Source: Patellaria atrata CBS 101060
Lineage: Eukaryota
Assembly (NCBI GenBank): GCA_010093705.1
Contig: MU006093.1
Coordinates: 189,785-253,784 of the forward strand
DNA: 64,000 bases
Direction of reading: 5' to 3'
Shown here: one piece after another, positions 13,201-25,791 of the stretch
How the letters are laid out: each line of letters begins with the position of its first letter
How positions within the stretch are numbered: position 1 is the first letter of the stretch
The notes under the pieces: generated by a model
What the model saw: only the letters and a program-made list of their open reading frames with translations
What the model was told of the DNA's origin: nothing
The model's database searches: none
Position numbers and translations under genes: made by a program

Positions 13201-16200
13201 TTATACACCAAACAACCGCCATAAAAGTTTACCGGACTTCTCCTTCGACCACTCAGCATCAAAGCTCTTAACCCACCTAATCCGTCCATACCTAACGAGC
13301 AAAGGGTATATCGCTAATGACAAAATCAAAACGACAAAGCTAAAAAGGTGAAGGAAAAGTAGGGTTTTTGGAAAAGATCCCTTCACTATGGAAATCCACC
13401 ACGGGCGAAGTCTCCATAAATTGTTGAATATGAGCGCTCCAATTGCACCATGGAAGAGCCAAGCACGACAAAAGTTTTCAAGTTTACGCACTCGGGGCCG
13501 TTTGAAAGGGTACCATGAGCGCGGCAGAGCATAGAGGATGAGCCAGATATAAGATGTCCAAAGAACAAGACAACCGGCGAATACCAGACGTACTTCGGTG
13601 CGGGAAATAATTTCATCGTTGCTGTCAAGAGTGATTGTGATTTTCGCAATCCTGTCCTTGAGCTGAATCTGCGATCTATTTTCGGTGTCCGAAAAGGAAA
13701 AAAGAGACGGGAAGGCGACAAATAGAGCATCGTGAACCATGCGTAGGCCAGCACTCAGTGTCATGAGGGTTGCATAGATCCACATTGGATAGGTGAAGTT
13801 CACTGGGCGGCGAGATAGATCCCGGGAAACTTGAGAAAAGTCTGTGAATGAACTCAGCACCTACCCCTGGCGCAGGTACATGGCAGAATTCGAAGGGCAC
13901 AGAAGAAAGAAGGAGATCGGTTTATGATGTACTCACCAGAACGGATATGAATTCTGACAGGCCCTGACAGTCTAACCACACGCGTATGTACCGGCTCTAT
14001 GGTATCCTCGAGTGTCTCAAGCTTATTGCGAGGGATTCTCTTGACTAATATAGCACAGTCGTAGTCCGCATATATGACTGTGTAAATGTAGGTCCGAGCG
14101 ACAGCAATACCGCGAACCGGCGGGAGGAAACCAGAACGGGTCTCTTGCTTGAGCACCTGAAGACGACAACCCCTAAGATATTCGCCTCCTGTATCTAGCT
14201 CAACCAGGAAAACTGTTCTATAGTGAGTTTCCCGAGGGCTAAACGGCATACAATCGTCTTGCAGCGGATTGATATCCCAAAATTGATTAGAGTCTTGTTC
14301 ATATAAGCGCAGGGGACTCGAAGCTAGATGGGATTTCTCCGTTAGAAGTATGCACAATGTCGAGAGTTGAGTATTTGGTCGCTTTTCTATGGAAATAGAG
14401 CGCTCTTTGACATCAAGAAGAGACTCGTCATCAAGCAGGTCATTAGATACTTCGGTCGGCACCCATCGATTGGACCTTTCCTGTAACTAAGACCGGTCAT
14501 ATCAGCTTTGGGATCCGTACAAGAAAGACAAGGAGTGGCGCCTTTATAAACCACGTACCGTTGACATTTTTGGGCCGGAGTTGTACAGTAAGGAGAGAGG
14601 AATTATCTTCAAGTTCGCAATGATACCGAGGAGGCGTAAATCTGGCTCAAGATCAAGAATGGAATAGCTGCTCAAACCTAACAAATTAGTCATGATAGAT
14701 GCAAGATCTTCCTTTTTGGTAGTTGAGCGAGAAACAAGCGCGTTCCACACACGCACAAAGTCTGAACAGTCCGATCTTGCGGTCCGAGAAGCTGCACCAG
14801 AGAACCTTATGATAGTAGGTTTCCGATCAAGTTGCAACTCCGTAGCGCACAACCATGCAAGATGAGACGTGCGTCCATAGTTCACACAACTCCCAAGTGT
14901 TCTGCCTAAGGTTATGTTCGGCTTGATTATGGGACCTCGGTCAGGCCGTGATGGTGTTTTGATACTGACTAGCTCTAGCAGATCAATAACGGCGTCTTGG
15001 AATTGAAATAGGCAAACCGTGCTTAGGCAACCTTCGTTCAAAGTCCAGGCTCTTCCCATCCACGCACAGCACCAGATATGCGCAAGAACTTCAGAGTCTC
15101 TAATCGTCTTTGATTGAATTCGCTGCAGTTCATAGTCTAGGACAAGCACAGCCTTTGCGCCAGCATATATATAACCCATCCTGTCTATACATCGTTTACG
15201 GAGATCTTCATTTCCGATTGGGATGCAAAGTGTATCAATCCATATTAAGGATGAGAATCGAGTTCGAGGCATGTAAGACATATTAACGGCAAGTTGTTGG
15301 AGCTGACATTGCGGAATTGAATTCATCCTCAGGTTTCCTAGGCCATGAGACCATACGTGGGATATAGCAATATATTCCGTGGATGCTTTGGCGCTTACAA
15401 CCTTAATCTCTGCACGGTGCGGGTCCCTTGTATCTAAGGATATCAGTGGTAGCATTCCTCTAGTGACTATGTCGACCACTTCATCCAACGGGGTTACAAC
15501 ACTGGCGCAGGTGCAGCCATCCGTTGTATGTTGTACATGATAATTCTCTATATCAACATCATTCGCGATACAGCTATTCTCAGAGCAAGACTCGTGTGAT
15601 ATAAAATCTGGAAAGTTGCTTCTGTCCAAGTCCAACAGATAGTGAACTAGAGTAGGGGAATGGAGGGACCAGCACCGCAACTGGAACGGGCACCAAATGC
15701 GCGTTAATGTTTGGGTCCTGAAGTATTTGCGGAAAGAAGTTCCTTGGATATCGTCTAGCCGGTATGCCTTCGGCTTGTAATGCAGCTTGAAATGTTCTCC
15801 TCGTCCATAAGAGATAAAAGCTAGCAGCAGCTGAACAGATATATTAATCTCGAGCAAGGGAGTTTGCTGGCCGATTGCACTTTGATCGATTTGCTTAACG
15901 ATATTCTCTGCTCTGTAATAACAATGGCTCCATTTCTTCCACCAACGTGCGCTAAATCGACGTCTAGGAATTTTACACAGCTGTTGGAGTGTAATGAACG
16001 GTCTAGAGCCTTGAGAGGGATCGACTATGATAAAGTCCTTGATATTGAATGACGAGCCAGCAATGGCATGAATCAAACCAAAAAAGAGCCATGCTTGAAT
16101 AACGGATGCTACCTTTATGGCGGAGAGTCTACCATCTAAACGTAGTCTTCCCGTACTGCTGATTGATAAACCGTGAAGGTTGGGAAAATTTTGGAAATCT

Positions 16201-16289
16201 TCAATGAGATCAAAAGGGGGCACTCTAGAGAAGTAGGGGACTCTAAAATTGGAGCGGGTAGAACTTGTAGAGGGGCTAAATAAGTCCAT
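13201..16289 (-). CDS. HET-domain protein with a C-terminal multi-pass membrane region, 3 exons
   Basis: HET motifs YIAISHVW..GLGN, IWIDTLCIP, MGYIYAGA..VLVLD and WMGRAWTLNEG. GT-AG introns at 14481-14558 and 13842-13936 join the three track ORFs in frame. The last exon has about 4 hydrophobic segments. Confidence 0.85.
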
Positions 16290-17561
16290 AACTAAGGTTG
16301 TTTATGCAGCCCATCTTAGAATATGAATTACAAAATGTTTTTCACCCATATGGTACTTTTCTTTGGACGTCAAGGCTAATAAAAGGGTCGCAACGTTTTC
16401 GCCGCAATTGGGAACCAGTAGATTGGACTAACCTGGAGCACGCCGATTAGCTTTGCGGCTACATTTCAAACATCGTTCACAACCTGCCCGGATAAGCAGA
16501 AAGGGGGCGGTCAAAACGTGGCGTCACATTGTTTAGGGCAGCCTCGGTGACGATAGGTCATTGTTGGTCGAGCTAAGCCATGCTTTATACCTACTGATAA
16601 AATATTTCATGCATATCGAACGCTTGAAGATTTTGCAAACGTATCAACGAATAGGAAAAATGAGACCACATACTTATCTGGAATTCTGCCTTTCCTCAAG
16701 ACCTTGGCCTGGGGCTGCGCTCTCTGGAACTTACCCATGAACAAGTCGAAAGTCCAGAAAATGAGCGCAGGTAGCCGTTATCATCTTCTAAAAGTAGGCA
16801 ACGAGCTCAGTGGACGAAAGTACCATGCATTTCGAGACACTTATCGGCCATAGAAGCACCGCCCGTGTGGGATTTGTGGTGGTGGGAAGCAAGTGTAGTA
16901 GGAGAAACCCACGCCAATTCCGCCAGACAGAGATGCCCAGTAAATAGCAGAGATAGAGAGTTCTGAAAACCTATGATGTTGTTTATAAATATCATGCCAA
17001 GTCGCAACGTGTGAAAGCATTCTCAGCTGAAAGCTCATCGTCAGGCTGAAAACATATCTTTGTCTAGAAGAGATGGCCGGCATGCTGGAACTAATGATGG
17101 ATTCGCATATGGAGTCACCGAAGGACCGCAACTGCAAGTAAACAGATTCTTTCTTAGCGCACTGATGCTCTGTAGATGAAGGCGATGAGGTTACCTGGGG
17201 TGGTGGGGATGGAAACAAAGAGCGGGGAAGATGGAAAGGCGGAGATGATGAGGGAGGAGCGGGCATGGCGGGGTTAATAGAGAAGCAGGAGGAGCGGAAG
17301 TTCTTCATTCCCGTTATTTTGCCGTGTCCAAGCTTTGTGGTCGCACGCAACGCGCCTGCCGTCACTCCTTCTTCGCGGTCTAGTTCAAGGTAATCACCAT
17401 ATACACGTGCACAACCACCTGGACATTGTCCTCGACATTCTACTACTCCAGGATATTTATCATACACAATTCATTTTTGACAATCAATATTATTGCAGCA
17501 CTTAGGTTACCCTGGTACTGTACTATGGGATGTCTCTTGATCTAAAGTTACAAACCTCAGA

Positions 17562-17578
17562 ACGCGTCCCAAGCGCGT
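17562..17578 (+). promoter_or_regulatory. MCB (MluI cell-cycle box) ACGCGT plus a nearby GCGCGT, upstream of CDC45
   Basis: ACGCGT at 17562-17567 and GCGCGT at 17573-17578, about 110-120 nt before the ATG of a replication-initiation gene. Such genes are typical MBF targets in ascomycetes. Confidence 0.55.
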
Positions 17579-17683
17579 GCAAGAGAGCATATCAGCGCAA
17601 CATCCAATTGCTCCGCAATCTCCATTGCGATCTTCTAACCAGTAGGAGATCGTTCTAACCAGCTTATAATCGATTCCATCGCG

Positions 17684-20291
17684 ATGTATCTTCCCCGGGC
17701 GCTGCTATCTCACCTCTATACTCACCTACTTCGAACAACACACCCTCTATCTCCGCCTGTTCTCCTACTTGTAGCACTCGAACCAGATGCTCTTTGCGCG
17801 TGTCGAATTCTCACGGCACTACTGAAGCGGGACTATATCCCTCACAAGATTCAGCCGATAGCCGGGTACAATGACCTTTCACGCGCTGGTGAAGAGCTTG
17901 TACGACCAATGCGAACCACAGATGGGGGAAGTGGGGGTATCGTCGTCTGCCTAGGTGTTGGAGGTCTAGTCGACTTAGAGGACTTTCTCGGCATGGAGGA
18001 GGAAGTTGGAGGTGCTGGGGGGGTTGATGTCTGGGTTGTGGACTCGCGAAGACCATGGAACCTGGCGAATGTATTTGGGGGGGGGTTTCAAAATGTGCAA
18101 GAGGATGGAGAAGGGGCTCCATTGGTTAAAAATAAGCAAGGCATCGAGCAAGGCCGGGTCCTACAAAGCTTCAAACCCGGAGCAGGGGGCATTGTGGTCT
18201 TTGATGATGGGGATATTGAGGACGAACTTGCCGTGGAGAAAGAAGCGTACTGGGCGCTGGCCCAAATGCCACAGTTTGATGAAGATGAGGGTGCAGATGA
18301 AGACTTGAGTGACGAAGAAGAGAGCAAAAGCGAGCAAGATCTACCTATGTCTGGTCAAGCGGGGAGAAAACGAAAGTCTTTGCCGGATGACGATGATGGG
18401 ATGGATAGCGAGGAAGAATTTGAGAGACCGAAGCAACGAAGGAGAAGTAATTCTGTAAGTACTTGATCGTAAATCACAACATTCCACAACTAACCCGGCA
18501 AAGTCTTCATCGCTACCTTCCACTCCGGAGAGACCCGCTCGTCGTGGGCTACTAACTACATCTAACCAGCATACGACGTCTTCAGACTTTTCCAGAAATG
18601 GTACCCCGGAAAGTAGATCTTCCCCACCTATGAACACTGCGAAACATCCATCAGCTCGCACTTTACGACGCCGGTTGCTGAAGTTACGACGTAAGCATGA
18701 AAGCGTGATACAAGAATACTCGTCTCTAGGAACTTCGTACTCGGAGCCTATCTCATCCCTTATGTACTCATTAGCATCGGACCTCGGCCGTGAGGACAAT
18801 GATCTCTTATGGAATGCGATCGTAGGGGTCAGCAGTCTCGAACTTTACGGCCGTACACTGAATGGTGTTGGTATTAGTCCTTTATCCACGGCTGGGGGCT
18901 CTTCTGGTTGGAATGGTGACCGTGGAGAGCGCATCCGTGCTGTACTTCGTGATGAGGTTCGCCGATTAAACCCGACAGATTTGAAGGACATAGCTCGGGA
19001 AGCAAGCCTAGGGGATTCGGGAGGCGTAATACAGACGCATGCTCGATCACCAACAGATATGTCTATACGATTATCCCCGGAACCTCGGTTCTTACTCATT
19101 CGACATTGGAGTCTTTACGAGAGTATGCTTCACTCTCCTTATCTATCCGCGAGACTACACATCTGGAACGATAGTGGGAGAAGAAGACTTCACAAATTGT
19201 TAGCCAAGATGGGTGTATCATTGACGCAATGCAAACAAAGTTACACCCATATGGATATGGAGCTTAAACGAGGACTACGGGAGAGACTTCTGAAATTTGC
19301 ACCAGTATATGGCCTCGACGGACTCGTCCCACCCGTTTCTTCCCGGAATGGAGACAGAGAAGGTTGGGGCTTCGTAAGGTGCTGGGGATGGAAAGCTTGC
19401 CTCAGTGCTGTTGACATCAGTGTTGTCATAGGTGCGATTTTAGAAGCAGGTGGTGCTTCAATATCCACGAGTTCAAGTGACAACCCACCCAACCCAGAAG
19501 ATGAAGCCGACACAGAAAGCGTAGCTCAGGAACAGATTACAGCCCGCTTTTGGACGGCGTACGACGCCCTAGGGTCGGTCGACAAACTGACCTCGCATAT
19601 CTCGACTGCGCAACATCTCTACCGTGCTATACTTCGGACAGGAACGAGTCTAATTGAAAAGAAGCAGATCAGACATCTACGTGCGTTTCGTATGGCTGTC
19701 GTCAAAGAAGGGCCAGACGTACAGCTTTTTACGCATCCAGGCGCTTTGACAAAACTCGCCCTCTGGATTTCGGAAGCTATTGCTGAGCAAGAAGGAATCA
19801 AAAGGAAAGGAAAGGGCGGCGAGCTTGTCGTGGCAGGTTTAGATGAAGCGAGGGGTGTCTACGTGGTAGTAGGTCTAGGAGGTGGAGGAGGTGTCGCTAT
19901 CAGTAAGGAAAAGGAGAAACGGAAAGCAGAGAAGCGGAAGGAGAAGGAGAAGAAGAAGGAAGCGAGGAAATTGGAGAAGGACCGGGAACGTCAAGCGCGC
20001 CGCGACAGACGTGCTGCTAATGGCGATCTTGAGGAGAGTGACGAAGAAGACGAGGAGACAGAAGAAGAGAGCGATGACAGTGATAGCGAAAGCGAAGATG
20101 GGGAAGTAAAGGATACAATCAAGAAGAGAGGTCATGGGAAGAATCGGTTCGGTCACGCTTTCAGCGAAGTTATCGAGGAAACGGGAGCCAGGGTCAAAAT
20201 CGACAGCTTCGAACATTGTGTAGTCGAAGTCAAGAAAGAAGATCTAAGTGGATTTCTCGAAAGTCTGAGCATGAAAGCTGTGGTGGGATAG
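17684..20291 (+). CDS. CDC45: DNA replication initiation factor Cdc45
   Basis: Motifs DALCACRIL..LLKRDYIPHKIQPIAGY, D.RRPWNL.N, RHWSLYESMLHS, KLLAKMGVSL..CKQ.Y.HMD and NRFG.AF. Intron at 18455-18503 joins the two ORFs in frame. Confidence 0.96.
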
Positions 20292-20717
20292 GGGTGGATT
20301 GTCTATCTAACATGGCGGCATTTGATAGTTGAGGTCGGTGTTGGCTTCCATTGATTCCGGCACTATTCCCCTCCCTTCGGCGGACATGTCGTATATACCT
20401 TAATCTTATGAATGTTATTGAGCATACGAACCTTTTTTTACGGTCTCGTTCTATTCTCTATCTATATAACTTACCTTTATAGCGAATCTCGAGCCCATAT
20501 CTCCGATGTCGCTATGCAATGCGTTCCTAAATTCTGATTAGCCGACGATCAAACGCCCTGTACAAAACTGTGCTCTGCTTTAGAAATCGTCTTGTATTTC
20601 TGTATCTCAGTCCTTCATACTGTTTTGTTTTCGATTCTTTTCCGCCTCGGATATTTAATAGTTCATTGAGCCATTAAGTTGCAGTTACTCTATGCCAAAG
20701 ACTTTTTAAAAGGCAAC

Positions 20718-22346
20718 ATGAGAACGATACTAACCAATGGACGTTTACTCGTCTATCAACCAGAGAGTAAAGATATTGAAAATGGGAAGAAGGCATTTGC
20801 AAACTCCATGATAATCGAGAATGGCCAGATCATGCACATAAGGAGCTCCGATTCTAGTGAAATCAAGAAAGGATCTGAAGAGCAAGGAGTTGATACACAA
20901 GATCTGGAAAACCGCATTGTTCTTCCAGGCTTCATCGATGGGCATGTGCATCTTCTTCTCTTCGGTCAAGGTCTCAAAAAGCTCAGTCTCAGGCATTGCA
21001 CTTCCCTTTCCGACATAAGGGCCACCATCAGAAGCTACGCATCAGCAAACCCTCAGCTCAAGCGTATTCTATGCACGGGATGGATGCGCTGGATGGTTGA
21101 TGAAGAAGCCACAGCGGCTGCTCTCGATGATCTAGATCCGCGGCCTATCCTGATCGATTCTAAGGATCTCCATTCTACCTGGGTAAATACACAAGCATTA
21201 AGGGAGCTGGGCTGTTTATCATCTCCCGATCTACCTGGCGGGAGCTTCTCTAGGGACGCAGATGGTAATCTTACAGGACAATTACACGAAACATGCGTCA
21301 CCACAATCGTCTGGCCGTACCTAGCACGTGTAGCTAGCCTGCAAGAGAACTTAGAGGCACTGAAGGCTGCCTTTCTCGCATTTCTCAGCGCGGGCTATAC
21401 CGGTGTGATTGACATGGCCATGGACGAGATCGCATGGTCCGCTCTCCAAGAATACCGCCAAACCTCCGAACTCCCTATTCGCGTAGCTGCACATTGGCTC
21501 ATCACGCCCTCCCTCACCGAAGCCGAGAACTTATCACAGGTAGATCGGGCAATTGAGCTCTACCAGCAATACAACCGCGAAACTAGTCCGTGGTGCCGCA
21601 TCGCCGGCATAAAAATCATAACAGACGGCATTATCGACGGTTGCACTGCAGCACTCAGTAAGCCCTATACCTCCAACGGCGCGGATCCAGGACCCTTCTG
21701 GAACTTCGAGCAACTCGCTCCTCTCGTACGCAAGGCAGACGGTGCTGGCTTACAGATCGCGCTTCATGCAATTGGTGACGCTGCTATCACCATGTGCATC
21801 AATGTCCTTGAGCAGCACGCCAGCCCTGGACATCGACATCGGATCGAGCACTTAGAGCTCGCGTCGCCCGAGGACGCAGCACGGCTTGGTAGACTTGGTA
21901 TCACGGCATCCATCCAACCCGTACACGCGGACCCTGCAATCTTAAGAGCATGGCCAAGTCTCCTAGGCGACGAACGCTGCGAACGTGCCTTCGCGTACAC
22001 CGAGTTTGCAGAAGGGGGTGCTAACCTTGCCTTGGGTACGGACGCGCCTACAGCACCCAACTCTGCATTTGAGAATTTGTATATTGCTACGACAAGACGG
22101 TCAGCTAGGGAGCCGGCGCTGGAGGACATGGTGAATGAAAAGTTTGCGTTGGGGTTGGAGCAAGCTGTAAGGGGTGCAACCTTAGGGACAGCGTATTCAT
22201 GTTTCATGGAGGGGGAAACTGGGAGTTTAGAGGCGGGAAAGCAGGCAGATTTTGTACTTGTTGATGGAGTTTGGGAGAAGGATTTGTTGTTAGGGTTCAA
22301 GGCTGTGGAGACTTGGGTTGGCGGAAGGAAGGTGTATGAAGCGTGA
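20718..22346 (+). CDS. Amidohydrolase 3 family (YtcJ-like) metal-dependent hydrolase
   Basis: Motifs LPGFIDGHVH, KIITDG, HAIGD, HRIEH, GTDAP and GSLEAGKQADFV. Intronless; first ATG at 20718. Confidence 0.9.
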   Translation: MRTILTNGRLLVYQPESKDIENGKKAFANSMIIENGQIMHIRSSDSSEIKKGSEEQGVDTQDLENRIVLPGFIDGHVHLLLFGQGLKKLSLRHCTSLSDIRATIRSYASANPQLKRILCTGWMRWMVDEEATAAALDDLDPRPILIDSKDLHSTWVNTQALRELGCLSSPDLPGGSFSRDADGNLTGQLHETCVTTIVWPYLARVASLQENLEALKAAFLAFLSAGYTGVIDMAMDEIAWSALQEYRQTSELPIRVAAHWLITPSLTEAENLSQVDRAIELYQQYNRETSPWCRIAGIKIITDGIIDGCTAALSKPYTSNGADPGPFWNFEQLAPLVRKADGAGLQIALHAIGDAAITMCINVLEQHASPGHRHRIEHLELASPEDAARLGRLGITASIQPVHADPAILRAWPSLLGDERCERAFAYTEFAEGGANLALGTDAPTAPNSAFENLYIATTRRSAREPALEDMVNEKFALGLEQAVRGATLGTAYSCFMEGETGSLEAGKQADFVLVDGVWEKDLLLGFKAVETWVGGRKVYEA

Positions 22347-23052
22347 GATAGCTCGCTCAAAAGGGACAACCAGATTCGAGATATCCAGACACTTCTGATT
22401 AGCATCAACCGAATATCTTACAGGAACGGTTGATCTATCCGACCATGGTTTCATAAATCTTTCGTGTAAGCGGCGCCTCACTCACTTGTACTATAATGTA
22501 CGTACGGGAGACGGCTTTAACATTCACTGAGATTATGTTTGAAGAGAACCGTATAGAGGGTCACGCCGTGATGACACATAAGACTATGATATCCGTGTTA
22601 ATGTACGGAAGGATGTTGATGATATTCGGGCCGTGTTCAGAATAAATTACCGTATCGGATACGAAGTTCTACGGCTTAAAGACATTCCGAACAGCAAAAA
22701 CTATCATCCTAACAGAGCCGTGTACGCACAATCATAACCTCATATCCTTCGAAACCTAGAAAGGTCTTAATTCCTGTTCTCACTAGGATTGTACGGTACT
22801 ATTGATGTTACGAGGACTTCTGTTGCTGGAGAACTAGTTCTCTATCTCCGTGATCCAAGGGCGATGAGCCTAACCAGAACTACCGCTCATTGATGATGTT
22901 CTGCTCTTACTAAAACTCACTGATCACCATCTCTAACTCACATCTGCACTTTATCTCTTTTCTATTAGTATGCTCTATATCTCATATCCTCTGTCAATTT
23001 CACGTTTTCGCGTAAGAAAAATCTAACGTTTTTAGCGGTTCCTTCCTTCGAC

Positions 23053-24474
23053 ATGACCCTACAACGACTCCACCAGCTTCATAGGAATAATATCAACACC
23101 ATCATTCATTCACCTCTCTCGGAGATATCGGGATCTTTGGGGGATTTGGGTACACTTATGCCCATTCTTACCGCTCTCACAGTCACTCGTTCTATTTCCC
23201 TAGTCCCTACCCTTCTGGTGACTGGGATAGCCAACATCCTCACCGGGATACTCTTTGGTATTCCACTACCTGTGCAGCCTATGAAGACTATTGCATCAGT
23301 ATCTATAGCAAGGAACTTTACGAGAGAAGAAACCACCTCGGCGGGATTATTCGTAGCAAGCTGTGTCGCATTTCTCAGCATCACGGGATCTTTGCGATGG
23401 TTTAGTCAAGCGATTCCAATTCCCGTCGTCAAGGGGATACAAGTAGGAGCAGGGCTAAGTCTAGTCATCAGTGCAGGATCAAATATGCTTCAACCTCTCG
23501 GGTGGGTGACGCCGTCTCGATCGGATAACCTGATCTGGGCCATTGTCGCCTTCCTATTACTACTTGCAGGTAATAGGTTTCCACGATTGCCATATGCCCT
23601 CCTTGTATTCCTTTTCGGCCTTCTATTCACTAGCATAACTTTAAGAACTTCTACACCCGTTCATTCTCCTCCAGTCCATCATGGTTCCCTATTGGTACTT
23701 CCCACATGGTACACTTTTATTAGTTCTGCTTTATCCGCGGGTCTCGGTCAATTACCCCTGACCACACTCAACAGCATCGTTGCTGTGTCACACCTTTCTT
23801 CTGAGCTTCTACCTTCCTTACCCGAACCTTCCCCTGCGTCTTTAGGAATTTCAATCGCAGTCATGAATTTGGTGGGCTGTTGGTTTGGTGCAATGCCAGC
23901 CTGTCACGGTTCTGGAGGACTAGCAGGTCAATATCGCTTTGGAGCCAGGAGTGGCTCCAGCGTTATAGTACTCGGATCCTTGAAAGTACTTCTTGGTCTC
24001 TTATGCAACTTGTTCGATTTCGAAGACGGTGCCATTGGTTTACTCCATCAATTTCCGAAGAGTTTTTTGGGGATAATGGTCGTTGCAGCGGGTTTGGAAT
24101 TAGCTAAAGTTGGGGAATCGTTGAATGTTGGTGCAAGAGACTTATGGGAGCATGCTGAGCTGAACCATAGCGGTAGAGGCGCAGGTGATGGAGAAGGTAC
24201 ACTGTTGAAGAAATCTCGCGAGCCAGAAGAGAAAGAACGAAGAGAGCGTTGGACGGTCATGTTAGCTACCGTTGCAGGACTATTGGCTTTTAAGAATGCT
24301 GCTGTAGGATTTGGAGCGGGCATGCTATGGCATTGGGCCCAGAAGGCGCAAGTACCGCTGACATTGCCGTTAACTAGCAGGCTTCATCAAACAGGAATAC
24401 GTCGAGATAGTGAAAGGACGTCCTTGTTAGACCCAGGGTCGAGCACAGAGTCGCAAGAGGGGCGGTTGGTATAG
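23053..24474 (+). CDS. Molybdate transporter, MOT1 family (sulfate-transporter-like)
   Basis: Motifs EISGSLGDLGT, PLPVQPMK.IA, GQLPLTTLNS and MPACHGSGGLAGQYRFGARSG, with multiple hydrophobic segments. Confidence 0.9.
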   Translation: MTLQRLHQLHRNNINTIIHSPLSEISGSLGDLGTLMPILTALTVTRSISLVPTLLVTGIANILTGILFGIPLPVQPMKTIASVSIARNFTREETTSAGLFVASCVAFLSITGSLRWFSQAIPIPVVKGIQVGAGLSLVISAGSNMLQPLGWVTPSRSDNLIWAIVAFLLLLAGNRFPRLPYALLVFLFGLLFTSITLRTSTPVHSPPVHHGSLLVLPTWYTFISSALSAGLGQLPLTTLNSIVAVSHLSSELLPSLPEPSPASLGISIAVMNLVGCWFGAMPACHGSGGLAGQYRFGARSGSSVIVLGSLKVLLGLLCNLFDFEDGAIGLLHQFPKSFLGIMVVAAGLELAKVGESLNVGARDLWEHAELNHSGRGAGDGEGTLLKKSREPEEKERRERWTVMLATVAGLLAFKNAAVGFGAGMLWHWAQKAQVPLTLPLTSRLHQTGIRRDSERTSLLDPGSSTESQEGRLV

Positions 24475-25067
24475 GGTCAATGGAATGTTCATATCTCCTA
24501 TCTCTTCTCCTATCAGGACATTCCCATACTGTGTACATTCCAGTGACGTCAAAGGGGGTTGAGGGTCAAAAGATTAGGAGGGCCTTTCCGTATAGATGGC
24601 TTAAGAATATACAGATTAATGTCTGCAAATCCTTGGAATTCTCGTAGTTGTTCAATTCGAACTAGATGTATTGAGAAAGCTCCATGGTGGTAGATAGGGG
24701 GCCACTTGGTGAATATTCAAACAGATATATTCCTATTTAATTTAGAAGTAAGTTTAGTTTAAGAGAGATAATTCCGTAATAGAATAATCATGCATGAGCA
24801 ACGAGAGAGAAAGATTTTCTTGATACAGTACTGTAATGTGGTGGAGTGCGGGCGTGGTCCACTGCAGGTGCGGGTCAAGGGGGGGTTCATGGTGTTGTCC
24901 CCGCCGAATTTTAAATAATTGTACACCTCAGTACTGTCGGGTACGTACAGTTCACATCCCCCACCGTCGATTCACCGTACTTCGACAACAGTCTTTGCGA
25001 CTATTTCTTTCAATCACTCCTTCGACTCGATAATATCAGTCTCTCAAAGATCCAATAGACCGTTACC

Positions 25068-25791
25068 ATGGCGAAAAAGAACGCTGGGGAGAATAGTAAG
25101 AAGGTAGCTGGGAACGCGCGGAAGGCCGAGGCTGCGGCGGCAAAGCAAGCAGTAGAACAGCAGAAAATAAGTGCTCTGGAGAACGATAAATGGTCAAAGG
25201 GATCAAAATCAACGGCGAAAGCGTCAGTCAACTTACTTTGATACATTTCGGCTACAATTTACTGATAAGTATTAAAGTGATGCCGCCGCAGAAAAGGCCG
25301 CCGAAGCAGCACGTAAAAAGGCAGAGAAGGCAGCATTGCTTCGGGAAGAAGAGGCTTCTCAGCCTTCAAAACCAAAAGGAGCTGGTACAAAGACAGCACA
25401 GAAGAAGAACGTCAAGCCAGCTTCTTCCAGTCTCGATGCGGCACTATCGTCCTTCGATGGTGCCAGCCCCTTGAACGCTTCTGGCATCGACAATGCTCTC
25501 GATGCCCTGTCTCTCACATCAAACGCCAACGAGAAGGTCGAAAAGCACCCAGAGCGACGATTCAAAGCGGCATACACGCAGTTTGAGGAACGAAGATTAG
25601 ACGAGATGAAGGATGACAAGGGGCTTCGACGAAACCAAAAGGTAGAATTGATCAGAAAGGAATTTGAGAAGCATCCAGACAATCCGTTCAACCAAGTCTC
25701 GGCAAGATACAACAGCACTCGAGACGAGATTTCTGAGCTTAGAGCGCAGGAAAAGGCAAAGACAGAAGCGAGGCTGGCGGGTCCCAGTTAG
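25068..25791 (+). CDS. CCDC124/Lso2/Oxs1-family coiled-coil ribosome-associated protein (DUF1014)
   Basis: MAKK.AGENSKKVAGNARKAEAAA, W.KGSK, LNASGIDNALDAL, HPERRFKAAY..FEERRL and KHPDNPFNQ. Intron at 25223-25277. Confidence 0.9.

Noticed and set aside
13201..16289. Three separate genes or a frameshifted pseudogene
   Set aside because: Canonical GT-AG introns join all three ORFs in frame.
17009..17057. Possible AT-AC (U12-type) intron ATATGT...CACAC
   Set aside because: It lacks the ATATCCTT consensus, and splicing it yields no convincing protein.
16841..17467. 208-aa ORF as a single real gene
   Set aside because: It starts at a non-ATG codon and runs through CT-rich promoter/UTR-like DNA.
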